From an uncultured Salinisphaerales bacterium (GTDB lineage Bacteria; Pseudomonadota; Gammaproteobacteria; Nevskiales; CAJXLF01): 64,000 nt of DNA. Location: positions 21,040-85,039 of the forward strand of contig CAJXLF010000010.1 of the NCBI GenBank assembly GCA_913055805.1, in the 5' to 3' direction. Position 1 is the first letter of the stretch. Each line of letters starts with the position of its first letter. This document shows positions 29,928-40,755 of this stretch, one piece after another. The translations under genes were made by a program, and so were the position numbers. Below the pieces are notes generated by a model that saw only the letters and a list, made by a program, of their open reading frames with translations, was not told the DNA's origin and did no database searches.

Positions 29928-31310
29928 TTGGTGGTAAAAAAGCTTAATGCGGCAGATGCCTTTTTTCTGCAGATCGAAAGCGACAATGCGCCCATGCATA
30001 TCGGGTTGCTCAACCGCTTCGAGTTGCCCAGAGGCAAGGGGCAGAAATTCATTCTGGATCTTGTGGAGAAAGCACGTAACACCCCGGTTACCCAGCCGCC
30101 CTTCAATCTCAGACTGGCCAAAACCCGCATGGGAAAGTGGTCGCCTGCCTGGGAGGAAACTGATGAAATCGACATCGACTACCACCTGCGTCATTCGGCA
30201 TTGCCGCAACCGGGCGGGGAGCGTGAGCTGGCTGTGTTGATTTCGCGTCTGCATAGCATTCCGCTGGACAAGTCGCGCCCGCTCTGGGAAGTGCATGTGA
30301 TTGAGGGCTTTGCCGACGGCAGTTTTGCGCTTTATTCGAAAATGCATCATGCCCTGATCGATGGCGTGGCAGGCGCGCGCCTGCTGCAGAAGTCTATGTC
30401 GGAATCACCCCGCAAGGCCTTCGTGCCGTTCTGGGCCGTGCCCCAGGACAGGCGTGCACGCGTTGAACGTGAGCGGGATAACCCGCTGTTGGCAGTGGTG
30501 CGGCAGGGCCTGGCGCAGCTTAAGTCGATGCCCGGGGTAGCCCGTTCGGTGACATACCTGATTCGAGGAGCGCGCAACAAGGACCTGCCGGGACTGATTG
30601 CACCCTATGCGGCGCCTGATTCGGTATTCAATCTGCCGATTGGTCCCCAGCGGCGCGTCAGCACACAGGTATTCGAGCTGGCGAGGATACAGCGTCTGGC
30701 AAAGGCGGCGGGCAGCACCCTGAATGATGTCGTCATGGCGGTTTGCGGAGGCGCCTTGCGGCGTTATCTGACGGAGATCAACGCGCTGCCGGGCAAGTCG
30801 TTGATAGCGCAGGTGCCCGTGTCGGTACGGGCCAAGGATGATCCGGGCGAAGGCAACGCCATCAGTTTTGTACAGGCCAGTCTGGGGACTGCCGAGAGTG
30901 ATGCCCTCAGCCGTCTGGCGCTGGTCAGGCAATCCATGAGTGACGGCAAAACCCTGCTCGGCCGCATGTCGCAAACTGAACTGGCCAACTATTCGGCGCT
31001 TGTAATGGCGCCTTTCGCGGTGGGGCAGGTGGCCGGCATCGGCAATCGTCGCCGCAAGCCCATGTTCAATGTCACTGTTTCGAACGTGCCCGGCCCGAAA
31101 AAGAGACTGTATATGGGCGGCGCCAGATTGCTCAGTTCACAGCCGGTGTCTTTAATCTTTCAGGGCCAGGCGCTGAATATCACTATTTTCTCCTATGCAG
31201 GAGACCTGAATTTTGTCTATACGGCCTGTCGCCGCTCGTTGCCGCATGTGCAGCATCTGGTGCAACATGCCGAGGCCGCATTGCAGGAGCTCGAGGCGGC
31301 TCTGTTGTAA
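29928..31310 (+). CDS. Wax ester synthase / acyl-CoA:diacylglycerol acyltransferase (WS/DGAT, AtfA-like)
   Basis: Active-site HHxxxDG present (MHHALIDGVAG). Typical N-terminus (ADAFFLQIESDNAPMHIG) and NVPGP motif (SNVPGPKK). Starts at TTG 29928 or GTG 29931 after GAGGAG. Confidence 0.9.
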   Translation: MVVKKLNAADAFFLQIESDNAPMHIGLLNRFELPRGKGQKFILDLVEKARNTPVTQPPFNLRLAKTRMGKWSPAWEETDEIDIDYHLRHSALPQPGGERELAVLISRLHSIPLDKSRPLWEVHVIEGFADGSFALYSKMHHALIDGVAGARLLQKSMSESPRKAFVPFWAVPQDRRARVERERDNPLLAVVRQGLAQLKSMPGVARSVTYLIRGARNKDLPGLIAPYAAPDSVFNLPIGPQRRVSTQVFELARIQRLAKAAGSTLNDVVMAVCGGALRRYLTEINALPGKSLIAQVPVSVRAKDDPGEGNAISFVQASLGTAESDALSRLALVRQSMSDGKTLLGRMSQTELANYSALVMAPFAVGQVAGIGNRRRKPMFNVTVSNVPGPKKRLYMGGARLLSSQPVSLIFQGQALNITIFSYAGDLNFVYTACRRSLPHVQHLVQHAEAALQELEAALL

Positions 31311-31605
31311 AAATACTGTAAAAACAGCCTGTTATTTTCTGTCCTGAGCAGGTTTATGCGTATCGCCGGCTGGAGATCATGGCCTGGAACTGCTAAAGTT
31401 AATACGTTGTTTACGCCTCAGGCGTGACACGGGTTCGCCACTGGGACGGGCTGCGGCCTTGCCGCCAAGCCGCCTAAACGAGCCATCTCAGGGTGCCGGG
31501 CTAGTTACCCAGACGCACCGAAATTCACGGGTTGTGCCGGCTTGGAATCCGCACGACTGACAAGGTAGGCGTTCAAGCAGTCGCGTACGGCGCCACCAAA
31601 ACAAC

Positions 31606-33412
<1,807 letters not shown>

Positions 33413-33413
<1 letters not shown>

Positions 33414-33817
33414 TGATTGTCCGGGGTCTGCAGGATGCGGAAAAAGGCGAGCGTCGCGTAGTCAGTGAGGGCTGGGAAAGCACGCGCCTGTTGCTCAAGG
33501 GCGACAACATGGGCTTCTCCTTTCATATCACTACCATTTATGAAGGGGCCGAACTGCATCTGCATTACCAGAATCATCTGGAATCGGTGTATTGCATATC
33601 CGGCGAGGGTGAGGTGGAAACGGTCGCGGATGGCCGGATCTATCTCGTCGGGCCGGGTACGATCTACATTCTCGATCAACACGACAAGCATATCCTGCGT
33701 GCGCGCAAGGAAATGAAAATGGCCTGCGTGTTCAATCCGCCGCTGCACGGCAAGGAAGTCCATAACGCCGAAGGTGCTTACGAACTGGAAGCCGAAGTCG
33801 TAGCCAACGACGCCTGA
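33413..33817 (+). CDS. ectC: L-ectoine synthase
   Basis: Cupin with EctC blocks ([42 protein letters not shown]). TGATG overlap with ectB. Confidence 0.96.
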
Positions 33818-33826
33818 TCGCTTGAT

Positions 33827-35257
33827 ATGACCATGATTGGCAGTTTCTGCCTGTTCCTGGGCCTGTTCGTGCTGGTGGGGCTCAGCTCCTCGCTGAAGTC
33901 GCGCAAGACCAAGCAGGATTACTACGTTGCCAGCAGCAGCGTGCATCCCGGGCTGGTCGGCCTGTCAGCGGTGGCCACCAACAACAGTGGCTACATGTTT
34001 ATAGGGGTCATTGGCTATACCTATGTGACAGGCCTGGCCTCGATCTGGCTCATGACCGGCTGGATTCTCGGTGATCTGATGGCTTCCTTCCTGGTGCACG
34101 GCAAGCTGCGCCAGGCCACGGAGGACACTGGCGAGGCCAGTTACGCCGGCCTGCTCAGCCACTGGTCGGGTGTGCGTTTCCACGCCTGGCAAAAGCTGGC
34201 TGCCCTCATATCCCTGCTTTTCCTGATGGCCTATACCGGCGCCCAGCTGGTAGCCGGCAGCAAGGCGCTGATGGTGTTGTTCCACTGGCCGGCCTGGGCG
34301 GGGGCGGTGATGGGCGCTGTCATGGTGGCGCTGTACTGCGTGGCGGGTGGTATCCGCGCTTCCATCTGGACCGACGCCGCGCAGTCGGTGGTCATGATCT
34401 GCGCCATGGGGCTGCTGCTATTCGTCGGCACCCAGTCCCTGGGCGGGCTGGATGCCGCAATTGCGCAAATGCGTCAGATCGACGGCTTCATGGACTGGTA
34501 TCCCAGAGACATGATCGTGCCGGGTGTGGCTGGCGGCTTGCTGTTTGTCATGGGCTGGCTGTTCGCCGGGCTGTCGGTGATCGGTCAGCCGCATGTCATG
34601 GTGCGTTTCATGACCCTGAACGAAACCAGCAAGATCATGCAGGCACGGGCCTGGTACTACCTGTGGTTCACCGCCTTTTATTGCATGGCGACAGGTGTAG
34701 GCATGCTGTCGCGGATTTACCTGGCAACACCGGACAGCTTCGACGCCGAACTGGCGCTGCCCATGATGGCTCAGGAACTGTTTCCGCCGGTGCTGGTCGG
34801 GCTGGTGCTGGCGGGTATTTTTGCTGCCACCATGTCAACCGCAGACTCACTGGTGCTGAGTTGCTCGGCGGCCATTACCCATGACCTGTTGCCGCACAAT
34901 ATTGAAGATACCCGGCTGCTCAAACTCACCACCGTCGTTATCACTGCGCTGGCCCTGGGCTGGGCGCTGCTCAACCAGCAGAGTGTGTTCAATCTGGTGG
35001 TAATGTCCTGGTCAGGGCTGGCATCAAGCTTCGCGCCCTTGTTGCTGATCTGGTGCCTGGGCGGGCGGCCGAACCAGGCAGTGGCCATGTTTATGACTTT
35101 GACGGGTCTGACGGTGGCGCTGACTTGGCGCTGGTTGGGCTGGCATGCGGCCATTTATGAGGGTATGCCGGGAATCCTGGCAGGCCTGTTTGTGTATGGG
35201 TGCTATCGGCTTGCGCGCCTTCCCGTGGCCCGCAGCGCTGTTAATACGAACGCCTGA
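33827..35257 (+). CDS. Sodium:solute symporter (SSS) family transporter, substrate unknown
   Basis: 476 aa, ~13 TM helices, with an SSS/PutP-like N-terminus (DYYVASSSVHPGLVGLSAVATNNSGYMFIGVIGY). Starts 9 nt after ectC. Confidence 0.85.
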   Translation: MTMIGSFCLFLGLFVLVGLSSSLKSRKTKQDYYVASSSVHPGLVGLSAVATNNSGYMFIGVIGYTYVTGLASIWLMTGWILGDLMASFLVHGKLRQATEDTGEASYAGLLSHWSGVRFHAWQKLAALISLLFLMAYTGAQLVAGSKALMVLFHWPAWAGAVMGAVMVALYCVAGGIRASIWTDAAQSVVMICAMGLLLFVGTQSLGGLDAAIAQMRQIDGFMDWYPRDMIVPGVAGGLLFVMGWLFAGLSVIGQPHVMVRFMTLNETSKIMQARAWYYLWFTAFYCMATGVGMLSRIYLATPDSFDAELALPMMAQELFPPVLVGLVLAGIFAATMSTADSLVLSCSAAITHDLLPHNIEDTRLLKLTTVVITALALGWALLNQQSVFNLVVMSWSGLASSFAPLLLIWCLGGRPNQAVAMFMTLTGLTVALTWRWLGWHAAIYEGMPGILAGLFVYGCYRLARLPVARSAVNTNA

Positions 35258-35259
35258 CT

Positions 35260-36606
35260 TCAGTTCCTGGTCGCCAGGTCGATGCCCTCGCGGCTGAGTT
35301 GAGCAATCCAGTCGATCTGTTCCTCGGTAATGACGTAGGGCGGCATCCAGTACACCACGTTGCCCAATGGGCGCAGCAGGGCGCCGTGCTCCAGGCCATG
35401 CCGGTATACATGCAGGCCACGGCGCTCTTTCCAGTCATAGGGTTCGCGTGTTTGTTTGTTCTTGACCATCTCAATGGCTACGACCATGCCGGTCTGGCGT
35501 ACGTCGGCAACATGTGGGTGCTCGGCCAGTGGCGCGGCGGCCTGTGCCATACGTTCCACCAGTTTCTGATTGGCGCGAATCGTGTCGTATTGTTCGAACA
35601 GGTCCAGTGTGGCGTTGGCCACGGCGCAGGCCAGGGGATTGCCGGTATAGGAATGTGAGTGCAGGAAAGCGCGCAATGTCTGGTACTCGTCGTAGAAAGC
35701 GTCATAGACGTCGTCAGTGGTCAGTACCACTGCCAGCGGCAGCCAGCCGGCAGTCAGACCCTTGGAAAGGCACATGAAGTCGGGGCGGATGTCGGCCTGC
35801 TCACAGGCAAACATGCTGCCGGTGCGGCCAAAGCCGACGGCGATTTCGTCGGCGATCAGGTGCACGTTGAATTCGTCGCACAGGGCGCGCAGCCCACGCA
35901 GATACTCCGGGTCGTGCATGCGCATGTTGCCGGCGCACTGGATCAGGGGTTCGATGATAACGGCGCAGACATCGTCGGCATGCGCCTCCAGCGCCTGGCG
36001 CATGTCCTGCAGGCGGCGGCGCGCGTGTTCGACCGGGGTTTCCCCGGCTTCGCGCTCGTAGTTGTCCGGGCCCTTGACCACGATGGATTCCAGCAGCAGC
36101 GGGGCGTAGGTCTCCTTGTACAGGGCCACGTCGCCGACACTGAGCGCACCCAGTGTCTCGCCATGATAGGCATTGCTCAGATTGATGAAGCGGGTGCGTG
36201 TTTCGCCTTTGTTGTGCCAGTAGTGGAAGCTCATTTTAAGCGCCACTTCGACCGCCGCCGAACCGTTATCCGCGAAAAACACCTTGCCGAAACCGGCCGG
36301 CGCCAGCGCCAGCAGGCGTTCAGCCAGGCGTACCGCCGGTTCGTGGGTATGGCCGGCAAAAATCACATGTTCCAGGGTATGCGCCTGTTCGCTCAGTGCA
36401 TCGGCAATATAGGGATGCGAATGGCCGAAAATGTTCACCCACCATGAACTGACGGCATCCAGGTATTTCTTGCCCTGGGTGTCATGCAGCCACACCCCTT
36501 CGCCACGGGTGACTTCAATCAGGGGCAGGGATTCATGATCCTTCATCTGGGTGCAGGGATGCCAGACACAGGCCAGATCGCGTTCGGTCAGGTTTTTTTC
36601 GCTCAT
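35260..36606 (-). CDS. bioA: Adenosylmethionine-8-amino-7-oxononanoate aminotransferase
   Basis: CVWHPCTQMK N-terminus, LIADEIAVGFGRTGSMFA, and PLP-Lys context CLSKGLTAG. Confidence 0.93.
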   Translation of the reverse strand: MSEKNLTERDLACVWHPCTQMKDHESLPLIEVTRGEGVWLHDTQGKKYLDAVSSWWVNIFGHSHPYIADALSEQAHTLEHVIFAGHTHEPAVRLAERLLALAPAGFGKVFFADNGSAAVEVALKMSFHYWHNKGETRTRFINLSNAYHGETLGALSVGDVALYKETYAPLLLESIVVKGPDNYEREAGETPVEHARRRLQDMRQALEAHADDVCAVIIEPLIQCAGNMRMHDPEYLRGLRALCDEFNVHLIADEIAVGFGRTGSMFACEQADIRPDFMCLSKGLTAGWLPLAVVLTTDDVYDAFYDEYQTLRAFLHSHSYTGNPLACAVANATLDLFEQYDTIRANQKLVERMAQAAAPLAEHPHVADVRQTGMVVAIEMVKNKQTREPYDWKERRGLHVYRHGLEHGALLRPLGNVVYWMPPYVITEEQIDWIAQLSREGIDLATRN

Positions 36607-36698
36607 CGCAGATAGATCGCTGAGATTGAAGTTGCCGTACCGTACAGCAAGCAGCCTTTCCTTGCAGCCATGCGCGGTGATGATGAACAGCCCGTTAG

Positions 36699-36714
36699 CG
36701 TAATTATAATTACG
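36699..36714. promoter_or_regulatory. Perfect 16-bp palindrome, candidate operator in the bioA / acyl-CoA dehydrogenase divergent region
   Basis: CGTAATTATAATTACG is its own reverse complement. It lies in a ~310-bp AT-rich intergenic region. Confidence 0.4.
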
Positions 36715-36918
36715 ATTTATGAATTTTCTGCTCGATACTGCTGCTGGGGCTTAAATGCTGAAATCATTCATATTATTGATAACACTTTGCAAATAAAGTA
36801 ATTATTAATTCGGGCTCCCGGTTATAGCGGTTACCGATGATATGTAATTATTCTTGTCACCGACTTGCATCGCTGCCTATCATGCGTGGCATTCGGTTCC
36901 CAGGTTTCAGAGGTAGAC

Positions 36919-38055
36919 ATGATCCCCAGAAAGATTTTTACCCCCGAGCACGAAGAGTTTCGGGCGACAGCGAAGCGTTTCATTGACGAGGAAATCATGC
37001 CGCACCACGGCCAGTGGGAAGAGGACGGTATCGTCGACCGCAGTATATGGAACAGGGCAGGTGAACTGGGCATGCTGTGCATGAATATGCCGGAGGAGTA
37101 TGGTGGATTCGATGCAGACCGGCTATTCAGTGCCGTGCTGCTGGAAGAACTGAGCTATGCCGGCGCGACCGGAATCGGCTTTTCGGTTCATTCCGATATC
37201 GTTGCCAACTACATTCTCAACTATGGCAATGAAGAACAGAAGAAACGGTGGCTGCCCAAGATGGCGAGTGGCGAAGTTGTTGGCGCCATTGCCATGACCG
37301 AGCCCGGAACCGGTTCTGATCTGCAGGCGATCAAGACACGGGCGGTTGAGGACGGTGATGACTATGTCATTAACGGCTCCAAGATTTTCATTACCAACGG
37401 TATGCATGCGGATCTGGTCATCGTTGCGGCGCGGGTGGGCGAGGAGGCCGGCGCCAAGGGTGTCAGTCTGTTGCTGGTGGAAACCGATCGTGAAGGTTTT
37501 TCACGCGGCAAGCCCCTGAAAAAGGTGGGTATGAAAGCCCAGGATACGGCTGAGCTGTTCTTCAAGGATGTTCGCGTGCCCAAGAGCAGCGTACTCGGGC
37601 CGGTAGGCAGTGGTTTTATCCAGCTGATGCAGGAGCTTGCCTGGGAACGTATGATCATTGCCGTGATGGCGGTGGCCGGCGCGCGTGCCGCCTATGACCA
37701 GACGCTGGAGTACACCCGCGGCCGCAAGGCGTTTGGCCGCAGTGTGGCCGAATTCCAGAACTCCCGCTTCAAGCTGGCGGAAATGAAATCGGAAATAGAG
37801 ATAGGACAGGTCTTTGTTGATCGCTGCCTGGAACTGGTGCTGGAGAAGAAGTTAGGCGTGGACGCCGCCGCGGCCGCCAAGTACTGGACCACGGACATGC
37901 TCAGTCGCGTGGTCGACGAATGTGTGCAGCTGCACGGTGGTTACGGCTACATGTGGGAATACCCTGTCGCGCGCGCCTATGCCGATTCCCGCGTCATGCG
38001 TATTTTCGGCGGCACCAATGAGATCATGAAAGAACTCATTTCGCGCACACTCTAG
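36919..38055 (+). CDS. Acyl-CoA dehydrogenase
   Basis: Start ATG 36919 after AGAGGT (MIPRKIFTPEHEEFR). ACAD signatures AMTEPGTGSDL and QLHGGYGYMWEYPVARAYADSRVMRIFGGTNEIMKELI. Confidence 0.92.
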   Translation: MIPRKIFTPEHEEFRATAKRFIDEEIMPHHGQWEEDGIVDRSIWNRAGELGMLCMNMPEEYGGFDADRLFSAVLLEELSYAGATGIGFSVHSDIVANYILNYGNEEQKKRWLPKMASGEVVGAIAMTEPGTGSDLQAIKTRAVEDGDDYVINGSKIFITNGMHADLVIVAARVGEEAGAKGVSLLLVETDREGFSRGKPLKKVGMKAQDTAELFFKDVRVPKSSVLGPVGSGFIQLMQELAWERMIIAVMAVAGARAAYDQTLEYTRGRKAFGRSVAEFQNSRFKLAEMKSEIEIGQVFVDRCLELVLEKKLGVDAAAAAKYWTTDMLSRVVDECVQLHGGYGYMWEYPVARAYADSRVMRIFGGTNEIMKELISRTL

Positions 38056-39554
38056 TACTTGGTCATGAGAGCCTGAAGATCCGACTTGATGGCGCCCAGA
38101 GTATAGCTGGTGGATACCCGCCGGCGTTTCTGGGTGCCGTTGGTCACTACGGCGAATGCACCCCAGCCACCGTCCTTGAGGCGGAAATATCCTGACAGCG
38201 AAAGCACCGAAACAGGTTCTGACAGGTAGCCGGTCTTGACCGCCAGCCGGGTCATCCAGTCACGGTTGGCATTGCGGCGCAGCATGCGTGAGGGTGCGAA
38301 TCTGGGTACGGGCAGGCTGCCGACAAAAGACGGAAACAGGCTGAACTCCGAATGCATATGTTCCAGCAGCGATACCAGGTCGCGGGCGGATAGTTTGTTG
38401 GTGATACTCAGACCGCTACCGCTTTCGATAGTCAGCGCTGTAGTGTCATAACGTTTGGCACGCAACCAGGCTGGAGCGCGGGTGTTGATGTCGTTGGCGA
38501 AGTCTTCAAGCACATCCGAGGCCTGGGCCAGGGTGAAGCGCGGTGACGGGTTCTTCTCGGCGGCCATGTCCAGGGTCAGCAAATCGGACATGTAGTTATT
38601 GCTGTAGGCCATCAGCGTCTGCATCTGCTCCCCGAGAGTGGCGCTGTCTGTTGAAGCGATTTCCACATATTCCTTTGGCACCGCTTCACTGGTCACCAGT
38701 ACGCCGCCCTTCAAGCTGATACCCGACTCCTCCATCAGGGCCACCAGAAGGTCGCCGGTATATCTGGCCGGGTCCGATACCGAGCGGTAGACCTGGTAGG
38801 GCCCCCCGTCACGCGGCACCTTGCCATAGGCATGCAGTGTGTCCTGACCTGCTTCAGTCGTGCGGCGTACACCGTAGAGCGGGCGATTACGTGGCGGGGC
38901 GGTCGAGATGGAGCCCTCCAGAGGGTACTGCAGGGCGGGTGGCAGGAGGCTGAGTTTGGCGGGCTGGCCGATTTCGGGCGCCGGGCGGACCAGAATCTCC
39001 AGAGTGCTGTAATTGCTGCCTGCTGCAGAAATGGGGGCATCATAGCCACTGTCTGTCGCGCGCAGGGCTTCACAGCGGTCCTGGATGCCGCAGTCTATCG
39101 GGCCAAACAGGCTTTCATTGACCACCAGGTTGCCTTCGATGCTGCGTACGCCCATCTGGCGAAGACGCATCACCAGTGTCCAGAGCTGCTCCGTACCGAG
39201 CCCGGGGTCGCCCCGGCCCACCAGCATGACATTGCCGTGCAGGCTGCCGTTGCGTATGCGGCCATTGGTAAGCAGGGGTGTGCTGAAACGATGATTCGGA
39301 CCCCAATGCGACAGAGATGCGGCATCGATGAAAAGTTTGGTGACCGAGGCTGGCGTCAGGCGCTGGTCGGGGTCCACCTGGCCGATGATGCGCCTGGAAC
39401 TCAGGTCGACGACCAGGGCGCTGATCGCCACGTTCTGATTGGCCAGGGCCTCAAGTTTTGGCAAGGACTGGGCCTGTGCCGCCGGCGGAGCGCAGAGCGC
39501 GGACAGGGTTAGAAACAGGGAAGCGAAACCGGTGAGTAACGGGCGTGCGTGCAT
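38052..39554 (-). CDS. dacB: D-alanyl-D-alanine carboxypeptidase/endopeptidase (PBP4, peptidase S13)
   Basis: Signal peptide, SxxK (PASVTKLF), SxN (YSNNYMSD) and KTG (AVKTGYL) motifs. Confidence 0.88.
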   Translation of the reverse strand: MHARPLLTGFASLFLTLSALCAPPAAQAQSLPKLEALANQNVAISALVVDLSSRRIIGQVDPDQRLTPASVTKLFIDAASLSHWGPNHRFSTPLLTNGRIRNGSLHGNVMLVGRGDPGLGTEQLWTLVMRLRQMGVRSIEGNLVVNESLFGPIDCGIQDRCEALRATDSGYDAPISAAGSNYSTLEILVRPAPEIGQPAKLSLLPPALQYPLEGSISTAPPRNRPLYGVRRTTEAGQDTLHAYGKVPRDGGPYQVYRSVSDPARYTGDLLVALMEESGISLKGGVLVTSEAVPKEYVEIASTDSATLGEQMQTLMAYSNNYMSDLLTLDMAAEKNPSPRFTLAQASDVLEDFANDINTRAPAWLRAKRYDTTALTIESGSGLSITNKLSARDLVSLLEHMHSEFSLFPSFVGSLPVPRFAPSRMLRRNANRDWMTRLAVKTGYLSEPVSVLSLSGYFRLKDGGWGAFAVVTNGTQKRRRVSTSYTLGAIKSDLQALMTKY

Positions 39555-39563
39555 AAAGCAGAG

Positions 39564-40316
39564 TTAGATTTCGTGAATGAAGCGGTCGCGGTTGAAACGA
39601 ATCTGGGCGTGATAGATGCCATTTTCAGCCCGGCGGCCCGCGCCGACAACCATGAGCACCAGCGCATCGGAGGGGAGCTTGACGATACGGCGCAGCCGCT
39701 TCTCATCAAAGCCCTCCATGGGGCAGCTGTCAAAGCCATGCGCGCGCAAGGCAAGCATGAGGTTTTCAGCGGCCAGTGAGGTGGATTTGCAGGCCCACAG
39801 TTCCATGTCACTCTGACTGTTGGGCCAGCGGGGGAAGGGGCGCGACAGGCCGGCGACGTTGCGGATAAATTTCTTGACCTTGCCCATGGGGTCAAGCGGC
39901 AGGCGGCCGTAGTGTACCTTCGCCCCTTTCTTGTAGTACTCCTCAACGACCCGGGGAATCGTTTCCTCTGGCCAGTGTTCCAGTACTTCTGTGCTGTGCC
40001 TTTTCCAGGTTGCGGTACGGGCGACTACAACGATGAGTTCCGCCGCGGTTTTGGCCGCATTCTGGTTCAGGCAGGCCTTGGCCATGGCGGCGCGCTTTTC
40101 AGGAGAGCGCACCAGATAGAACTCCCAGGGCTGCAGGTTGGAGGAATTCGGTGCGAGCAGCGCCATATCCAGGCAATCCTGCAGGACTGCTTCGGGAATC
40201 GGTTCGTCGGTAAAGCGCCTGACCGAGCGGCGGGTCATGACGACTTTGCGAAACTCCTCGACATCGATTTCCGGTAAAGGCGGCTCCTGATAACGAGGTT
40301 TCTTGATTTCAGGCAT
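39564..40316 (-). CDS. Nitroreductase family protein
   Basis: 250 aa with RRSVRRFTDEPIP, NSSNLQPWEF, and C-terminal ...GAGRRAENG. Confidence 0.85.
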   Translation of the reverse strand: MPEIKKPRYQEPPLPEIDVEEFRKVVMTRRSVRRFTDEPIPEAVLQDCLDMALLAPNSSNLQPWEFYLVRSPEKRAAMAKACLNQNAAKTAAELIVVVARTATWKRHSTEVLEHWPEETIPRVVEEYYKKGAKVHYGRLPLDPMGKVKKFIRNVAGLSRPFPRWPNSQSDMELWACKSTSLAAENLMLALRAHGFDSCPMEGFDEKRLRRIVKLPSDALVLMVVGAGRRAENGIYHAQIRFNRDRFIHEI

Positions 40317-40751
40317 TCAGAGATTTTCCAGAGCGTTGCGTAACCAGTCAGCCAGGGGTTGCGACTGGTTGTTATTCAGATCGGTATATACCCAGACGAC
40401 TTCGCCGGTTGCGCGCAGGCGACCGTCATTGACGCCAAAAATGGCCAACTGCCAGGTGATGCTGCTTGTGCCCAGGCGGCCTACACGTGCACAAACATCG
40501 ACTTCTTCGTCGAAGCGGATGGGCGACTTGTATTCCACCAGGGATTTTACCAGTTGTACGTCACAACCAGTGGTTTCCACCTGGGCAAGCCAGTCCATGT
40601 CGAGATGGCGAAACGCCTCATTCAGGGCGGTATCGAAAAACGTCAGGTAATGGGCATTGAAGACCACGCCCTGGGCATCGATTTCGGAATATCGAATGCG
40701 CAGGCGGTGCCTGACGGGGTAGTCCTCGAGAAGTTGTTCAATTGCAGACAT
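40317..40751 (-). CDS. Acyl-CoA thioesterase, 4HBT/YbgC-like hotdog fold
   Basis: Start ATG 40751 (MSAIEQLLEDYPVRHRLRIRYSEIDAQGVVFNAHYLTFFD). Abuts the nitroreductase gene with a 0-nt gap. Confidence 0.85.
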   Translation of the reverse strand: MSAIEQLLEDYPVRHRLRIRYSEIDAQGVVFNAHYLTFFDTALNEAFRHLDMDWLAQVETTGCDVQLVKSLVEYKSPIRFDEEVDVCARVGRLGTSSITWQLAIFGVNDGRLRATGEVVWVYTDLNNNQSQPLADWLRNALENL

Positions 40752-40755
40752 GGAA

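Noticed and set aside
29439-30350. 303-aa minus-strand ORF overlapping the hypothetical ORF and the 5' part of WS/DGAT
   Set aside because: It overlaps the HHxxxDG-bearing WS/DGAT gene on the opposite strand. Its composition is Arg/His/Gln/Cys-rich. It has no RBS.
31381-31397. sigma54-like TGGCCTGGAACTGCT upstream of ectA
   Set aside because: The GG-to-GC spacing is one nt short of the -24/-12 consensus, and the -24 element is imperfect.
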